Of a DNA stretch of 64,000 bases, positions 38,652-47,153 are shown piece by piece. Source of the DNA: Patescibacteria group bacterium (lineage in GTDB: Bacteria; Patescibacteriota; Minisyncoccia; Phycocordibacterales; Phycocordibacteraceae); NCBI GenBank assembly GCA_018969385.1, contig JAGWYL010000001.1:2677-66676 (forward strand), written 5' to 3'. Below the pieces are notes generated by a model. That model had not been told where the DNA came from and did no database searches. It saw nothing but the letters and a program-made list of their open reading frames with translations. The stretch's first letter is position 1, and each line of letters opens with the position of its first letter. The position numbers were made by a program, and so were the translations under genes.

Positions 38652-38951
38652 TTATATATTTTGAGCCGACCCAAAATTATTATATGCCACCTTAACTGCA
38701 AATTTAATCCTGGTGGTCTTTTCGCTTTGATTTTCGGTTGAGTTTGCTCCCCCGATTGAGGCAACGGCGGCTATGCCAATCTTCCCTGTACTTTCACCTT
38801 CCTGTCTTTCACTAACCACAACCGCAAGGTCAAAATCAACCTTGTCATGCATCATCATCACGAACAGATTGCTTCCTGATTTCTTATTTGCTTCCATAAG
38901 ACCTTGCCTGATGTCCATCAAGGTCTCTTCGATAAAAGTGGCTATTCCCAT
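38652..38951 (-). CDS. Hypothetical protein (island)
   Basis: 99-aa low-GC ORF. ATG at 38951. Confidence 0.5.
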   Translation of the reverse strand: MGIATFIEETLMDIRQGLMEANKKSGSNLFVMMMHDKVDFDLAVVVSERQEGESTGKIGIAAVASIGGANSTENQSEKTTRIKFAVKVAYNNFGSAQNI

Positions 38952-38973
38952 TGGGAAATAATAGCACGCCTAA

Positions 38974-39585
38974 TTAAGCAACATTCTTCGCCAACAGTTC
39001 TCTTTGGGCTTCTTCTCTGGTGATCTTCCCTAATTCAGTCTTGGGCTCAATTCTGACGGCATCCTTGAAAATCGAAGTTGCATCAAACCCTAGATCTTTT
39101 GCAGATGGAGTCTTGGCAAGTTGTGTTGCAGTGAGATCGGTCTTATCGACAAAAATTATAGAGGTCTTGATCATCCTGCTCCAATTATCGAGCTTATTAG
39201 TTGCTGTGTACCGTTCGTATTTTATTGCTTTATCATTCAACTTCTCGGCAAAACTGGCTATCATTTTACCAATGATATTTTTACCAGGAGCAATACTGTC
39301 CTTACCCAATACGCTCCTTGAAAAGCCCTTGTTTGATGTTCCCAAAACAAAAACTTCATCGTTTAGGCTTCTCGACAAAAATAGATGTACCCCTCCGAAT
39401 TCCTTTGTCTGAACAGCTGTTCTTATATTCTCTATTAGAGCCTTCGCTTTAAATTCTGGGTCAACTTCACCCACAGGAGCGCTACTTATTACATATTTGC
39501 TCAATGCAGAAAGCTTGTTGCTGTCGACCTCGCCATTATTTATTGACTCAACAATTTCTTTAATGATGTTTTCGGGTATATCCAT
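38974..39585 (-). CDS. Hypothetical protein (island)
   Basis: 203-aa low-GC ORF. ATG at 39585. Confidence 0.5.
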   Translation of the reverse strand: MDIPENIIKEIVESINNGEVDSNKLSALSKYVISSAPVGEVDPEFKAKALIENIRTAVQTKEFGGVHLFLSRSLNDEVFVLGTSNKGFSRSVLGKDSIAPGKNIIGKMIASFAEKLNDKAIKYERYTATNKLDNWSRMIKTSIIFVDKTDLTATQLAKTPSAKDLGFDATSIFKDAVRIEPKTELGKITREEAQRELLAKNVA

Positions 39586-39665
39586 ACCTCTATTGTATCG
39601 CTTTCGAACCGCTCGTAAAAACGCTTGCCAACGACGCGTCTCGTGCGGGATAACCTAGCACGACT

Positions 39666-39739
39666 TGGCTGGGGGGGAAGGAATCGAACCTTCATTCACA
39701 GCTTCAAAGGCTGCTGTCCTGCCATTAGACGACCCCCCA
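39666..39739 (-). tRNA. tRNA-Gln (anticodon UUG), CCA encoded
   Basis: Cloverleaf folded by hand. Acceptor UGGGGGG/CCCCCCA, D stem GUCU/GGAC, anticodon stem GCAGC/GCUGU, loop CUUUGAA, T arm GAAGG-UUCGAUU-CCUUC. Confidence 0.85.
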
Positions 39740-39787
39740 ATGTACGCACTAACGAACGCACTGTAACACCATACGGCGGCGCGGAAA

Positions 39788-40066
39788 ATGCTACTTGCAG
39801 AATCGGGCGAATCCGCTAGGCTGTCCCTGAACCCGAACCAAGAGGTTGCCGTGGAAACGCCCGCATTCCTGCTGACGTTCGGGCTCACGCTCGTCGTCGC
39901 ACATTCCATCTATAAGAGCGTGAAGTTTCCGGATAGCTTGGACCGTCTCCAGCATTTCTCGCTCGGGGACCTGGACATGCTCCAGTTCCTACGGGCGGGC
40001 GCCGACTTCGGCGCACTGCTGATGGTCTTCGCCCTGTTCATGCTCTTGTTTAAAGGTACGTTCTGA
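39788..40066 (+). CDS. Hypothetical small membrane protein
   Basis: 92-aa ORF with a weak SD. Confidence 0.3.
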   Translation: MLLAESGESARLSLNPNQEVAVETPAFLLTFGLTLVVAHSIYKSVKFPDSLDRLQHFSLGDLDMLQFLRAGADFGALLMVFALFMLLFKGTF

Positions 40067-40070
40067 TGGG

Positions 40071-40098
40071 CCGCGCTTCGAAAGATGCGCGGCCCGCC
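40071..40098. terminator. Bidirectional terminator hairpin (gggccgcgc-ttcgaaagat-gcgcggccc)
   Basis: 9-bp perfect stem between convergent genes. Confidence 0.4.
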
Positions 40099-40102
40099 TG
40101 TT

Positions 40103-40909
40103 TCAGTTCAACTTGCAAAGCGCCTTGAGTTCCGCGATATCCGCGGCCGTGAGCTTTTCCGCACTGCCCTCGTTGTACGCATACATGATGGCGTTCGGGT
40201 CCTGGTTGTGTTCGAGTCCGAGCGCATGGCCGAGCTCGTGCGCGAGCACGCGCTCGAGCTTCGCGCGACTCTCGAATTGATACACGTTTATCCGCGTCCC
40301 GGCGCTGTCCCGTATGTACTCCCCTTCGTTGAAATCCGTGCCGGCCGTAGCGTTGTATGAGCCGACCTGCACGTTCGTGTTCGCGGCAAGCGCATTCAGC
40401 GCATCCACGTTCGCATTTATGCTCGCGAGTTCCCCGTCGAGCTTCTGCCGTTCGGCTTGAAGCGCGTCGTAGGCCGACTTCGGCGCGCCGCCTTGCGCGT
40501 TCCAGTACGAGACCTGCGCTTCGTACTGGCTCAACTCCGCGTCATAGGACGCTTTCTGCGCATCGAGCGCGGCCTTCTTCGCGTCATAGGCGGCTTGCTC
40601 TTCGGAGATGGTCTTCCCGAGGTTCGTCGTCTGCTGCCGCGTGTCGTATATGAGATTTATCTTGAGCGAGCCGTCCGGCGCATACGCGAAAAGCTGCCTG
40701 CCTGCGGCGTCATCCCAGAGCTTAGCCGCCGCCGATACGGCGGCGAGGAAGTCCGCCTTGCTCTCCCCGAAGCGCGTGTCGAACGTGCCGAGGCTGTACG
40801 CGATGGGCGTCGCGCACGGCGCGGGATTCTCATAGTAGTACGCGCCGGCGATGGCCGCGGCCGCGAGGAGCGGCACCGCGACGCGACCGACGAGCCGAAG
40901 CACGTTCAT
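40103..40909 (-). CDS. Secreted zinc metalloprotease (matrixin/M10-like, HExxHxxGxxH)
   Basis: N-terminal signal peptide and HELGHALGLEH motif. The ATG at 40909 overlaps the dnaX stop. Confidence 0.6.
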   Translation of the reverse strand: MNVLRLVGRVAVPLLAAAAIAGAYYYENPAPCATPIAYSLGTFDTRFGESKADFLAAVSAAAKLWDDAAGRQLFAYAPDGSLKINLIYDTRQQTTNLGKTISEEQAAYDAKKAALDAQKASYDAELSQYEAQVSYWNAQGGAPKSAYDALQAERQKLDGELASINANVDALNALAANTNVQVGSYNATAGTDFNEGEYIRDSAGTRINVYQFESRAKLERVLAHELGHALGLEHNQDPNAIMYAYNEGSAEKLTAADIAELKALCKLN

Positions 40910-41931
40910 CCGGGGAACAGTTCGAGGACGGCAAGCTCGAGCGGGATTTCCGGCATGGGCGCGTAGCGTATGCGTTCGGATGCGTTCAGGAACGCGAGCA
41001 GCGTCTTCGGCGTGACGCCTTCGCCTTTCGCGAAGGCGAGGAGCGCCGCATATTCGTCCTCCCCATGCTCCGCCTTGAGCTTCTCGCGGAATTCTTCCGC
41101 GTACCGGATGAGGAGCGTCGCGCGGAGCGCCTCGATGACGAGTTCGAGGAACAGCTTCATGTCCGCGCCGGAAGCGGACGCCTTCTCCACCGCGGAAAGC
41201 GCCGCGCCGCGCTCTCCTGCGGAAAGCGCGGTTATGAGCGCGTGCACCTGTTCGCGTTTCGGCGCGCCCGTGGCGGCTTCCACCTCTTCGCGCGTCAGCT
41301 TCTTGTCCTTCGAGATGCCGAGCACCTTCTGCAGGACGGAAAGCGAGTCGCGATACGACCCTTCCGAAAGCATCGCGATGAGTTCCGCCGCGTCCGGCAG
41401 AAGCGCGTACCCTTCCTTCTCTGCCACCTTCGACACGAGCGCGGCGATGCCCTTCCTCGTCGGCTTCTTGAATTCGAACACCTGGCAGCGCGACTGCACG
41501 GTTTCCGGCACGCGCTCGAGCTCCGTCGTCGCGAGTATGAACACCGCGTATGCCGGCGGCTCCTCAAGCGTCTTCAGAAACGCATTCCACGCGCTTTTCG
41601 AGAGCATGTGCACCTCGTCGAGGATGTACACCTTGTACGGAGAGTGGAACGGAAGCGTATAGATGTTTTCAGCAAGCTCGCGGATATTCTCCACGCTGTT
41701 CTGGGACGCGGCGTCTATCTCATACAGGTCCTGATCCGTGCAGCCGATTTCCCGCGCGAAGATGCGCGCGACGGTGGTCTTGCCGAGCCCGCGCGAACCC
41801 GCGAAAAGATACGCGTGCCCTATCTTTCCGGTCTTCACGGATTCCGCAAGCGGCGCGGTCACCTGCTCCTGACCCATCACTTCCGCGAAGGTCTGCGGGC
41901 GGTACGCGCGATACAGGGATTGATTGCTCAT
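40906..41931 (-). CDS. dnaX: DNA polymerase III subunit gamma/tau (short form)
   Basis: AAA+ P-loop GSRGLGKTT. ATG at 41931 (MSNQSLYRAYRPQTF). The track's extension to 42027 was rejected. Confidence 0.85.
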   Translation of the reverse strand: MSNQSLYRAYRPQTFAEVMGQEQVTAPLAESVKTGKIGHAYLFAGSRGLGKTTVARIFAREIGCTDQDLYEIDAASQNSVENIRELAENIYTLPFHSPYKVYILDEVHMLSKSAWNAFLKTLEEPPAYAVFILATTELERVPETVQSRCQVFEFKKPTRKGIAALVSKVAEKEGYALLPDAAELIAMLSEGSYRDSLSVLQKVLGISKDKKLTREEVEAATGAPKREQVHALITALSAGERGAALSAVEKASASGADMKLFLELVIEALRATLLIRYAEEFREKLKAEHGEDEYAALLAFAKGEGVTPKTLLAFLNASERIRYAPMPEIPLELAVLELFPG

Positions 41932-41938
41932 CGGGAGA

Positions 41939-42910
41939 TTATACCAAGCCCGCGGCCCGAATGGCTTCCGCGAGCTCGTCCGCGCTTTCCGTCTCCATGA
42001 GTTTCGCCCGGAACTCCGCGGCGCCATCGAAGCCGGTCACGAACGCCTTGATGTGCTTCTTCAGTATGTGGAAAGGCTTTTTCGGCGCGAGCGCGTCATA
42101 AGAACGCGCGAGCGCGACGAGCGCCGCAAGCTTTTCGGCAAGCGGCGTATCCTCCGGCTTCCTTCCGGAAAACACCCACGGATTGCCGAATACCGCGCGG
42201 CCGAGCATGATGCCGTCCGCGCCGTACCGCGCCGCTTTCTCCCGCCCGTCTTCCAGGTCCTTCACGTCTCCGTTGCCGATGAGGAGGACCTGCGAACCGA
42301 GCGCGGCGCGGATGCCGACGGCCTTTTCCATCAGTTCCCAGCGCGCGGGAACCTTGGACATTTCCTTGCGCGTGCGCAGGTGAAGCGTGATTGCCGCAGG
42401 CTCTGCTTCAAGGAGCGCGGGCAGCCATTCGTCCAGGTCCTCCTTGCCGTACCCCACGCGCGTCTTCACGGAGACCGGAAGGCCGGATGATTTTGCCGCT
42501 GCGACGATCGCCTTCGCGAGCGCCGGCGTCCGAATCATGGCCGAGCCGCAACCCTGCTTCTCTATCGCGCGGTCCGGACAACCCATGTTTATGTCCACGC
42601 CGTCGAAGCCGAGCTTCGCCGCGAGTTCCGAAGCGTACGCCATAAAGTCCGGCTTGCTCGAAAAAAGTTGCGCGACTATCGGCCGTTCCCCTTCCGAATA
42701 CAGGAGGTCCCGCATGAGCGGATTTTTCGCGTCCAACATGCGCGCGCTCTCCCGTGTGTGATAGAGGCCGTCCGCGGAGACGAACTCCGTCCAGGTGATG
42801 TCCGGCTTCCCGCATGCGGCGACGAGCCGCCGGAACGCGGGGTCCGTGACGTCCGCGAGCGGAGCCATGGCGAAGAACGGCCGCGGAAGCCTGTCCCAGA
42901 ACGATTGCAT
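41939..42910 (-). CDS. dus: tRNA-dihydrouridine synthase
   Basis: MGCP motif and TIM-barrel Dus family. Confidence 0.8.
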   Translation of the reverse strand: MQSFWDRLPRPFFAMAPLADVTDPAFRRLVAACGKPDITWTEFVSADGLYHTRESARMLDAKNPLMRDLLYSEGERPIVAQLFSSKPDFMAYASELAAKLGFDGVDINMGCPDRAIEKQGCGSAMIRTPALAKAIVAAAKSSGLPVSVKTRVGYGKEDLDEWLPALLEAEPAAITLHLRTRKEMSKVPARWELMEKAVGIRAALGSQVLLIGNGDVKDLEDGREKAARYGADGIMLGRAVFGNPWVFSGRKPEDTPLAEKLAALVALARSYDALAPKKPFHILKKHIKAFVTGFDGAAEFRAKLMETESADELAEAIRAAGLV

Positions 42911-42990
42911 GCGCGCATCTTAGCAGCTTTTTCCATCCGCGCTCCCTGCGGTACGGCGCGCCAGCGCAGGAGACGCGGAGCAAGTGTCGC

Positions 42991-43944
42991 CTACTGCCTC
43001 TTCTTCAAGTACACCTTGCCGGGGAATCGCAGGTCCACATATTCGATGGAACCGTCCGTGAGCGTGAGCGATGGGAATGCGGACGCGGCAAGGGCGGAGG
43101 CGGCCACTTCGTCGCCGAGCACGTACGTGACGCGCGTGCCGCCCGCAAGGAACAGGTCCGCCTCATCGCCACGCAGCACGAGCGAAACGGGATTCGCGCC
43201 GAATGTCGAAAGAGAACGCGCGAACTGGAGCGCGCGCGATATCTGCGCCGCGGAAAGGACATGCGCGCGAAGCGGGACGGCAAGGTCGATGGGAGCGTAG
43301 ACGCGCGTATCGAAAAGCGGCGCGTCTACTCCCACTGGCTCCGTGGTAGACGCGGCGGTGCCGGGCATGCTCGCGAACAGGAAACCTTGCGGGTCGCTCG
43401 CGTAGCAGGGTGCGGAACCGTCCGGCATGACGGATTCGCTCGATGTCGCCACCGCATCATCCGTGCCGCACCAGAGATACGCGTCTACGCGCGGCAAGAG
43501 CGCCACTGAAATGGAATGGAACCCCGTGCGGGAAATGGAGACGGCACCCACGTCCGGGCGCGCGGCGAGGAGCGCCGCGCGTATGCTCCCTTCGGGCAGG
43601 AAGAAGATGGAGTCCCGCGGGATGACCCAGAAGTATGTGCCCGTAAGCTCGGAAGCGACGAGCGGTTCAAGCGATGCGGCGTCCGTTCCCGTAAGCGCGA
43701 TTCCCGTAACGCGCACGGCGGGACGCCAGAGTCCCCAGAACGCCGCGACGACGAGAAGGAACGCGAAGACGCCAAGCGCGATGGCGAGCGCCTTCCGATG
43801 GCGGCGGCGGCGCTCATGCAAGCGCGTACCCGCGCGCGGCGCGCCCTGCGAGCCCGAACGCGGCAAGACGTCGAGGTCCCGCCGACGTATCGGCGGCTTC
43901 TCGACATGCGGCCTCCTGATATCGAGGACGGGTCGGTTCGGCAT
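42991..43944 (-). CDS. Hypothetical membrane-anchored protein, possibly FtsQ/DivIB-like
   Basis: 317 aa with a basic N-terminus, a single TM and a periplasmic domain. Confidence 0.35.
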   Translation of the reverse strand: MPNRPVLDIRRPHVEKPPIRRRDLDVLPRSGSQGAPRAGTRLHERRRRHRKALAIALGVFAFLLVVAAFWGLWRPAVRVTGIALTGTDAASLEPLVASELTGTYFWVIPRDSIFFLPEGSIRAALLAARPDVGAVSISRTGFHSISVALLPRVDAYLWCGTDDAVATSSESVMPDGSAPCYASDPQGFLFASMPGTAASTTEPVGVDAPLFDTRVYAPIDLAVPLRAHVLSAAQISRALQFARSLSTFGANPVSLVLRGDEADLFLAGGTRVTYVLGDEVAASALAASAFPSLTLTDGSIEYVDLRFPGKVYLKKRQ

Positions 43945-44013
43945 CGCTCAATTCTACACTGCACGAGCCGGATTTTCGTGCGAAAACTGCTTGAGAGCCG
44001 CAGCGAAGCGCGC

Positions 44014-45288
44014 TTAGGCGGCGTGCTTCTTGATGACGTCCTTGCCGAGGTACGGAACCAGCACGTCCGGAACCTTGATGGAACCGTCCGCCTGCTGGTA
44101 ATTCTCCACGAGCACCGCAAGGAAGCGCGGCGTGGCGAGCGCGGTGTTGTTCAGCGAATGCGCGAAGCGCAGGTCGCCCGCGGCATCGCGATAGCGGATG
44201 TTCAGGCGGCGCGTCTGGAAATCGTGGAAGTATGAAGACGAGTGCGTCTCGCGGTACTTCCCTTCGGACGGCATCCAGCATTCGATGTCGTACTTCTTCA
44301 CCTGGCCGAGCCCGAGGTCTCCTCCGCAATTCGCAACGACGTGGTACGGAATCCGAAGCGCCTTGACCGCCTCTTCGGCGTTCGCGGTCAGCTCTTCGTG
44401 AAGCCGCACGCTTTCCGCGTGCGAGGCTTCGGAAAGGATGACCTGTTCGAACTTGTAGAATTCGTGGACGCGGACGAGTCCCTTCGTGTCCTTGCCGTGG
44501 CTTCCCGCTTCGCGCCTGAAGCAGGGAGAGAAGGAGAAGAACTTGAGCGGAAGCGCGGCGGCGTCCACCACTTCGTCCATGTAGTACGCCATGGTGGCGA
44601 CTTCCGCGGTGCCGGAAAGGTATTCCCCGTCCTGCGTCTTGTAGAGGTCCTCTTCGCTCTGCGGGAGATACCCGGTGCCCATGAATCCTTCGCGGCGCAC
44701 GAGCGAAGGGACGATCATCGGCGTGAACCCGCCTTGCTTCACGAAATGGTCCGAAAGGAAACGCCAGAGCGCGTAAGAAAGGAGCGCGCCGTCGTTCTTG
44801 AGGAAGTAACCGCGGAACCCGGCGACCTTCGTGCCGCGGTCGAAGTCCGCCATGTCGAGCGCGGTCATGAGCTCGACATGGCTCTTCGGCGCGAATGAAA
44901 ACGCGGTCTGCTCTCCCCACGCGCGCACTTCCTTGTTGTCCGCATCGCTCTCTCCTTCCGGAACGGAGATGTCCGGGATGTTCGGCACTTCGAGCATCAG
45001 TTTCTGCCATTCCTCCATGACGACCTTCAGCCGCTCTTCGTCTTCTCCCATCCCGCTCTTGAGCTGGCGCATCGCTTCGAGCAGCTTTTCGCGCTCATCG
45101 CCCGTCGCGCGCTGAATCTCGGAGGAGCGGCGGTTCTGTTCTGCCTTCTTCTCGTCAAGCCGCTGGCGGATAGCCTTGCGTTCGTCATCCAGCTTCAAGA
45201 GCGAGTCGATGTCGACCGCCATGCGCTTCTTCGCGGCGCCCGCCTTCACGAGGTCCGCGTTCTCGCGGATGAATCGTACGTCTAGCAT
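44014..45288 (-). CDS. serS: Seryl-tRNA synthetase
   Basis: Class II aaRS motifs. ATG at 45288 (MLDVRFIREN). The track's 652-aa ORF includes a spurious 228-aa N-terminal extension. Confidence 0.9.
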   Translation of the reverse strand: MLDVRFIRENADLVKAGAAKKRMAVDIDSLLKLDDERKAIRQRLDEKKAEQNRRSSEIQRATGDEREKLLEAMRQLKSGMGEDEERLKVVMEEWQKLMLEVPNIPDISVPEGESDADNKEVRAWGEQTAFSFAPKSHVELMTALDMADFDRGTKVAGFRGYFLKNDGALLSYALWRFLSDHFVKQGGFTPMIVPSLVRREGFMGTGYLPQSEEDLYKTQDGEYLSGTAEVATMAYYMDEVVDAAALPLKFFSFSPCFRREAGSHGKDTKGLVRVHEFYKFEQVILSEASHAESVRLHEELTANAEEAVKALRIPYHVVANCGGDLGLGQVKKYDIECWMPSEGKYRETHSSSYFHDFQTRRLNIRYRDAAGDLRFAHSLNNTALATPRFLAVLVENYQQADGSIKVPDVLVPYLGKDVIKKHAA

Positions 45289-45345
45289 AGCGGATAGCTT
45301 CCGGAAAACGCGCGAAGACCGGTACTCATAGGATAAGATACTAGC

Positions 45346-46197
45346 ATGGAAATGCAGTCGCTTGCATCGGCGGATTTCCCGCCCGCGCTTCGCGAGATAC
45401 CGGACCTGCCGGAGCGGCTGTGGCTTCGCGGTTCCCTTCCGCCTGCCGGGACGAAGCTGCTTGCCGTGGTCGGCAGCCGGGCGCTTTCGCGCTACGGCAA
45501 GGAGGCGTGCGAGATGCTCATCGCCGGACTTTCGGGCTATCCCGTCTCCATCGTCTCCGGCCTCGCGCTCGGCGCGGACGCGTGCGCGCATAGGGCCGCG
45601 CTTTCCGCCGGACTCCACACCATCGCGATTCCGGGTTCGGGGCTCGACGATTCGGTCATCTATCCGCGCGCGCACGAAGGACTCGCGCATGAGATTCTCG
45701 CCGCGGGCGGCGCGCTCCTCTCCGAGCATGGAGCGAAGCATCGCGCGGCGCCGCATGATTTCCCCTCGCGCAACCGCATCATGGCGGGCATGGCGGATGC
45801 CGTCCTCGTCGTCGAGGCGGCGCCGCGCTCCGGCACGCTCATCACCGCGCGACTCGCCGCCGACTATAACCGCGAGCTGCTCGCGCTGCCGCATCGCATA
45901 AGCGACCCGCACGGATTCGGCCCGCACCTTTTCATACGGCTCGGCGCGACGCTCGTCACCGAGCCGCTCCACATCCTCGAAGCGCTCAAGCTTCCGCCGA
46001 AGGAGCGCGAGGCGGGCGCTGCGCCGCGCGACCTTGCCGGCGCGGAACTCGTTATCTGGGATATGCTCAAGGAACCGAAGAGCCGCGACGAGCTGCTGCG
46101 CGCCGGCGAGGACGCCGGCGCGGTCATGACCGCGCTCGTCTCCCTCGAACTGCGCGGCCTCGCGAAAGAGGAGTTCGGCGCCTGGCGGCGCGTATGA
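45346..46197 (+). CDS. dprA: DNA processing protein DprA (SMF)
   Basis: Rossmann-like DprA core (GLALGADA...HR). Confidence 0.8.
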   Translation: MEMQSLASADFPPALREIPDLPERLWLRGSLPPAGTKLLAVVGSRALSRYGKEACEMLIAGLSGYPVSIVSGLALGADACAHRAALSAGLHTIAIPGSGLDDSVIYPRAHEGLAHEILAAGGALLSEHGAKHRAAPHDFPSRNRIMAGMADAVLVVEAAPRSGTLITARLAADYNRELLALPHRISDPHGFGPHLFIRLGATLVTEPLHILEALKLPPKEREAGAAPRDLAGAELVIWDMLKEPKSRDELLRAGEDAGAVMTALVSLELRGLAKEEFGAWRRV

Positions 46198-46982
46198 AGA
46201 TCTATTCCTGGAACATGCTGTTCGTGAACCGGGAGCTCGAAAGGGCTTTCGCGTTCATCCGCGATTCGGACGCGGATATCTTCTGCCTCCAAGAAGTGCC
46301 GGAACCTTTCCTCAAGCGGCTGCGCGCTTCGTCGTTCTCCATTGCCTACCGGAATGACATGACGAAGCTCTTTTGCTCCGGCACGGTACACACCTATAAC
46401 GTCATCCTTTCCCGCCACCCGCTTCTGGCGCAGGGCGAGATTCCCTACGAGGACTATTGGCCGCTCCTGCCGCTACGCACGCGCTTCTTCGTCTTTCTCA
46501 TGCGTCCGTTCCTCTTCACGAAGATACGCGACCGCGGCGGCATCTATGCGGATGTCCGTATCGGCGGCACGCTCGTGCGCGTCTTCAACCTGCACCTGAT
46601 TCTTGCGCGTCCGCAGTGGCGGCTACGCGAATTCGAAGCGGCGATGGCGAAGCGCGAGCCCTCTCTTCCGACCGTGGTGTGCGGCGATTTCAATATCCTC
46701 GAATCCCCGAAGATATCCATCCTGAACTGGCTCGTGGGAGGAGCGTTCGGCGACGCCGTCTTCTGGAAACGGGAACGCGCGGTCATCGAGGAACGCTTCG
46801 CGACGCACGCCCTTTCGAATCCGCTTCGCGGCCGGAGAACGCATCCGATTTCCCGCTCGCAGCTCGACCACATACTCGTCTCCGAGGATTTCACCGTGAC
46901 GCGCGCGGCCGTGCTCCCGGACCGCATCGGTTCAGACCATCATCCGATCTTCGCGGAAGCGATGTTGGACATGCGGGCCTGA
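46194..46982 (+). CDS. Endonuclease/exonuclease/phosphatase (EEP) family protein
   Basis: EEP motifs CLQEV...GDFN...SDH. ATGA overlap with dprA. Confidence 0.7.
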   Translation: MKIYSWNMLFVNRELERAFAFIRDSDADIFCLQEVPEPFLKRLRASSFSIAYRNDMTKLFCSGTVHTYNVILSRHPLLAQGEIPYEDYWPLLPLRTRFFVFLMRPFLFTKIRDRGGIYADVRIGGTLVRVFNLHLILARPQWRLREFEAAMAKREPSLPTVVCGDFNILESPKISILNWLVGGAFGDAVFWKRERAVIEERFATHALSNPLRGRRTHPISRSQLDHILVSEDFTVTRAAVLPDRIGSDHHPIFAEAMLDMRA

Positions 46983-47153
46983 CCCGCACACTCACCTTCG
47001 CATTGCGTCTTTGCCGCCTTGCATGATGTCCCTTATCGCCTGCGAAACTCGGCATATATGACGATTTTCAAAACTCAAGCGCATGCGTGCGGCGATGCGA
47101 AGTTGAGTGTTCGGGCTTGACCATATAGAGGTATGCGCGGTATGAGTTAACCC

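Larger units (their letters stand above)
37700..39665. mobile_element. Low-GC (~40% versus ~66% flanking) genomic island inserted at the 3' end of tRNA-Gln; no integrase detected
   Basis: Abrupt compositional shift at ~37700. The right border is the tRNA-Gln 3' end (39666). It carries 3 co-oriented AT-rich-codon genes. A partial copy of the tRNA 3' end lies at 37868-37886. Confidence 0.45.

Noticed and set aside
39740-39790. Possible sigma70-like promoter for tRNA-Gln (TTACAG...TACATT)
   Set aside because: The putative -10 abuts the mature tRNA 5' end with almost no spacer, so the assignment is not supported.
44014-45972. 652-aa ORF containing serS
   Set aside because: The first 228 aa are Arg-rich extension. 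The genuine SerS N-terminus starts at ATG 45288.
47120-47150. TTGACC...TATGAG promoter-like hexamers upstream of topA
   Set aside because: The match is weak (4/6 in the -10) and cannot be distinguished from chance without transcript data.
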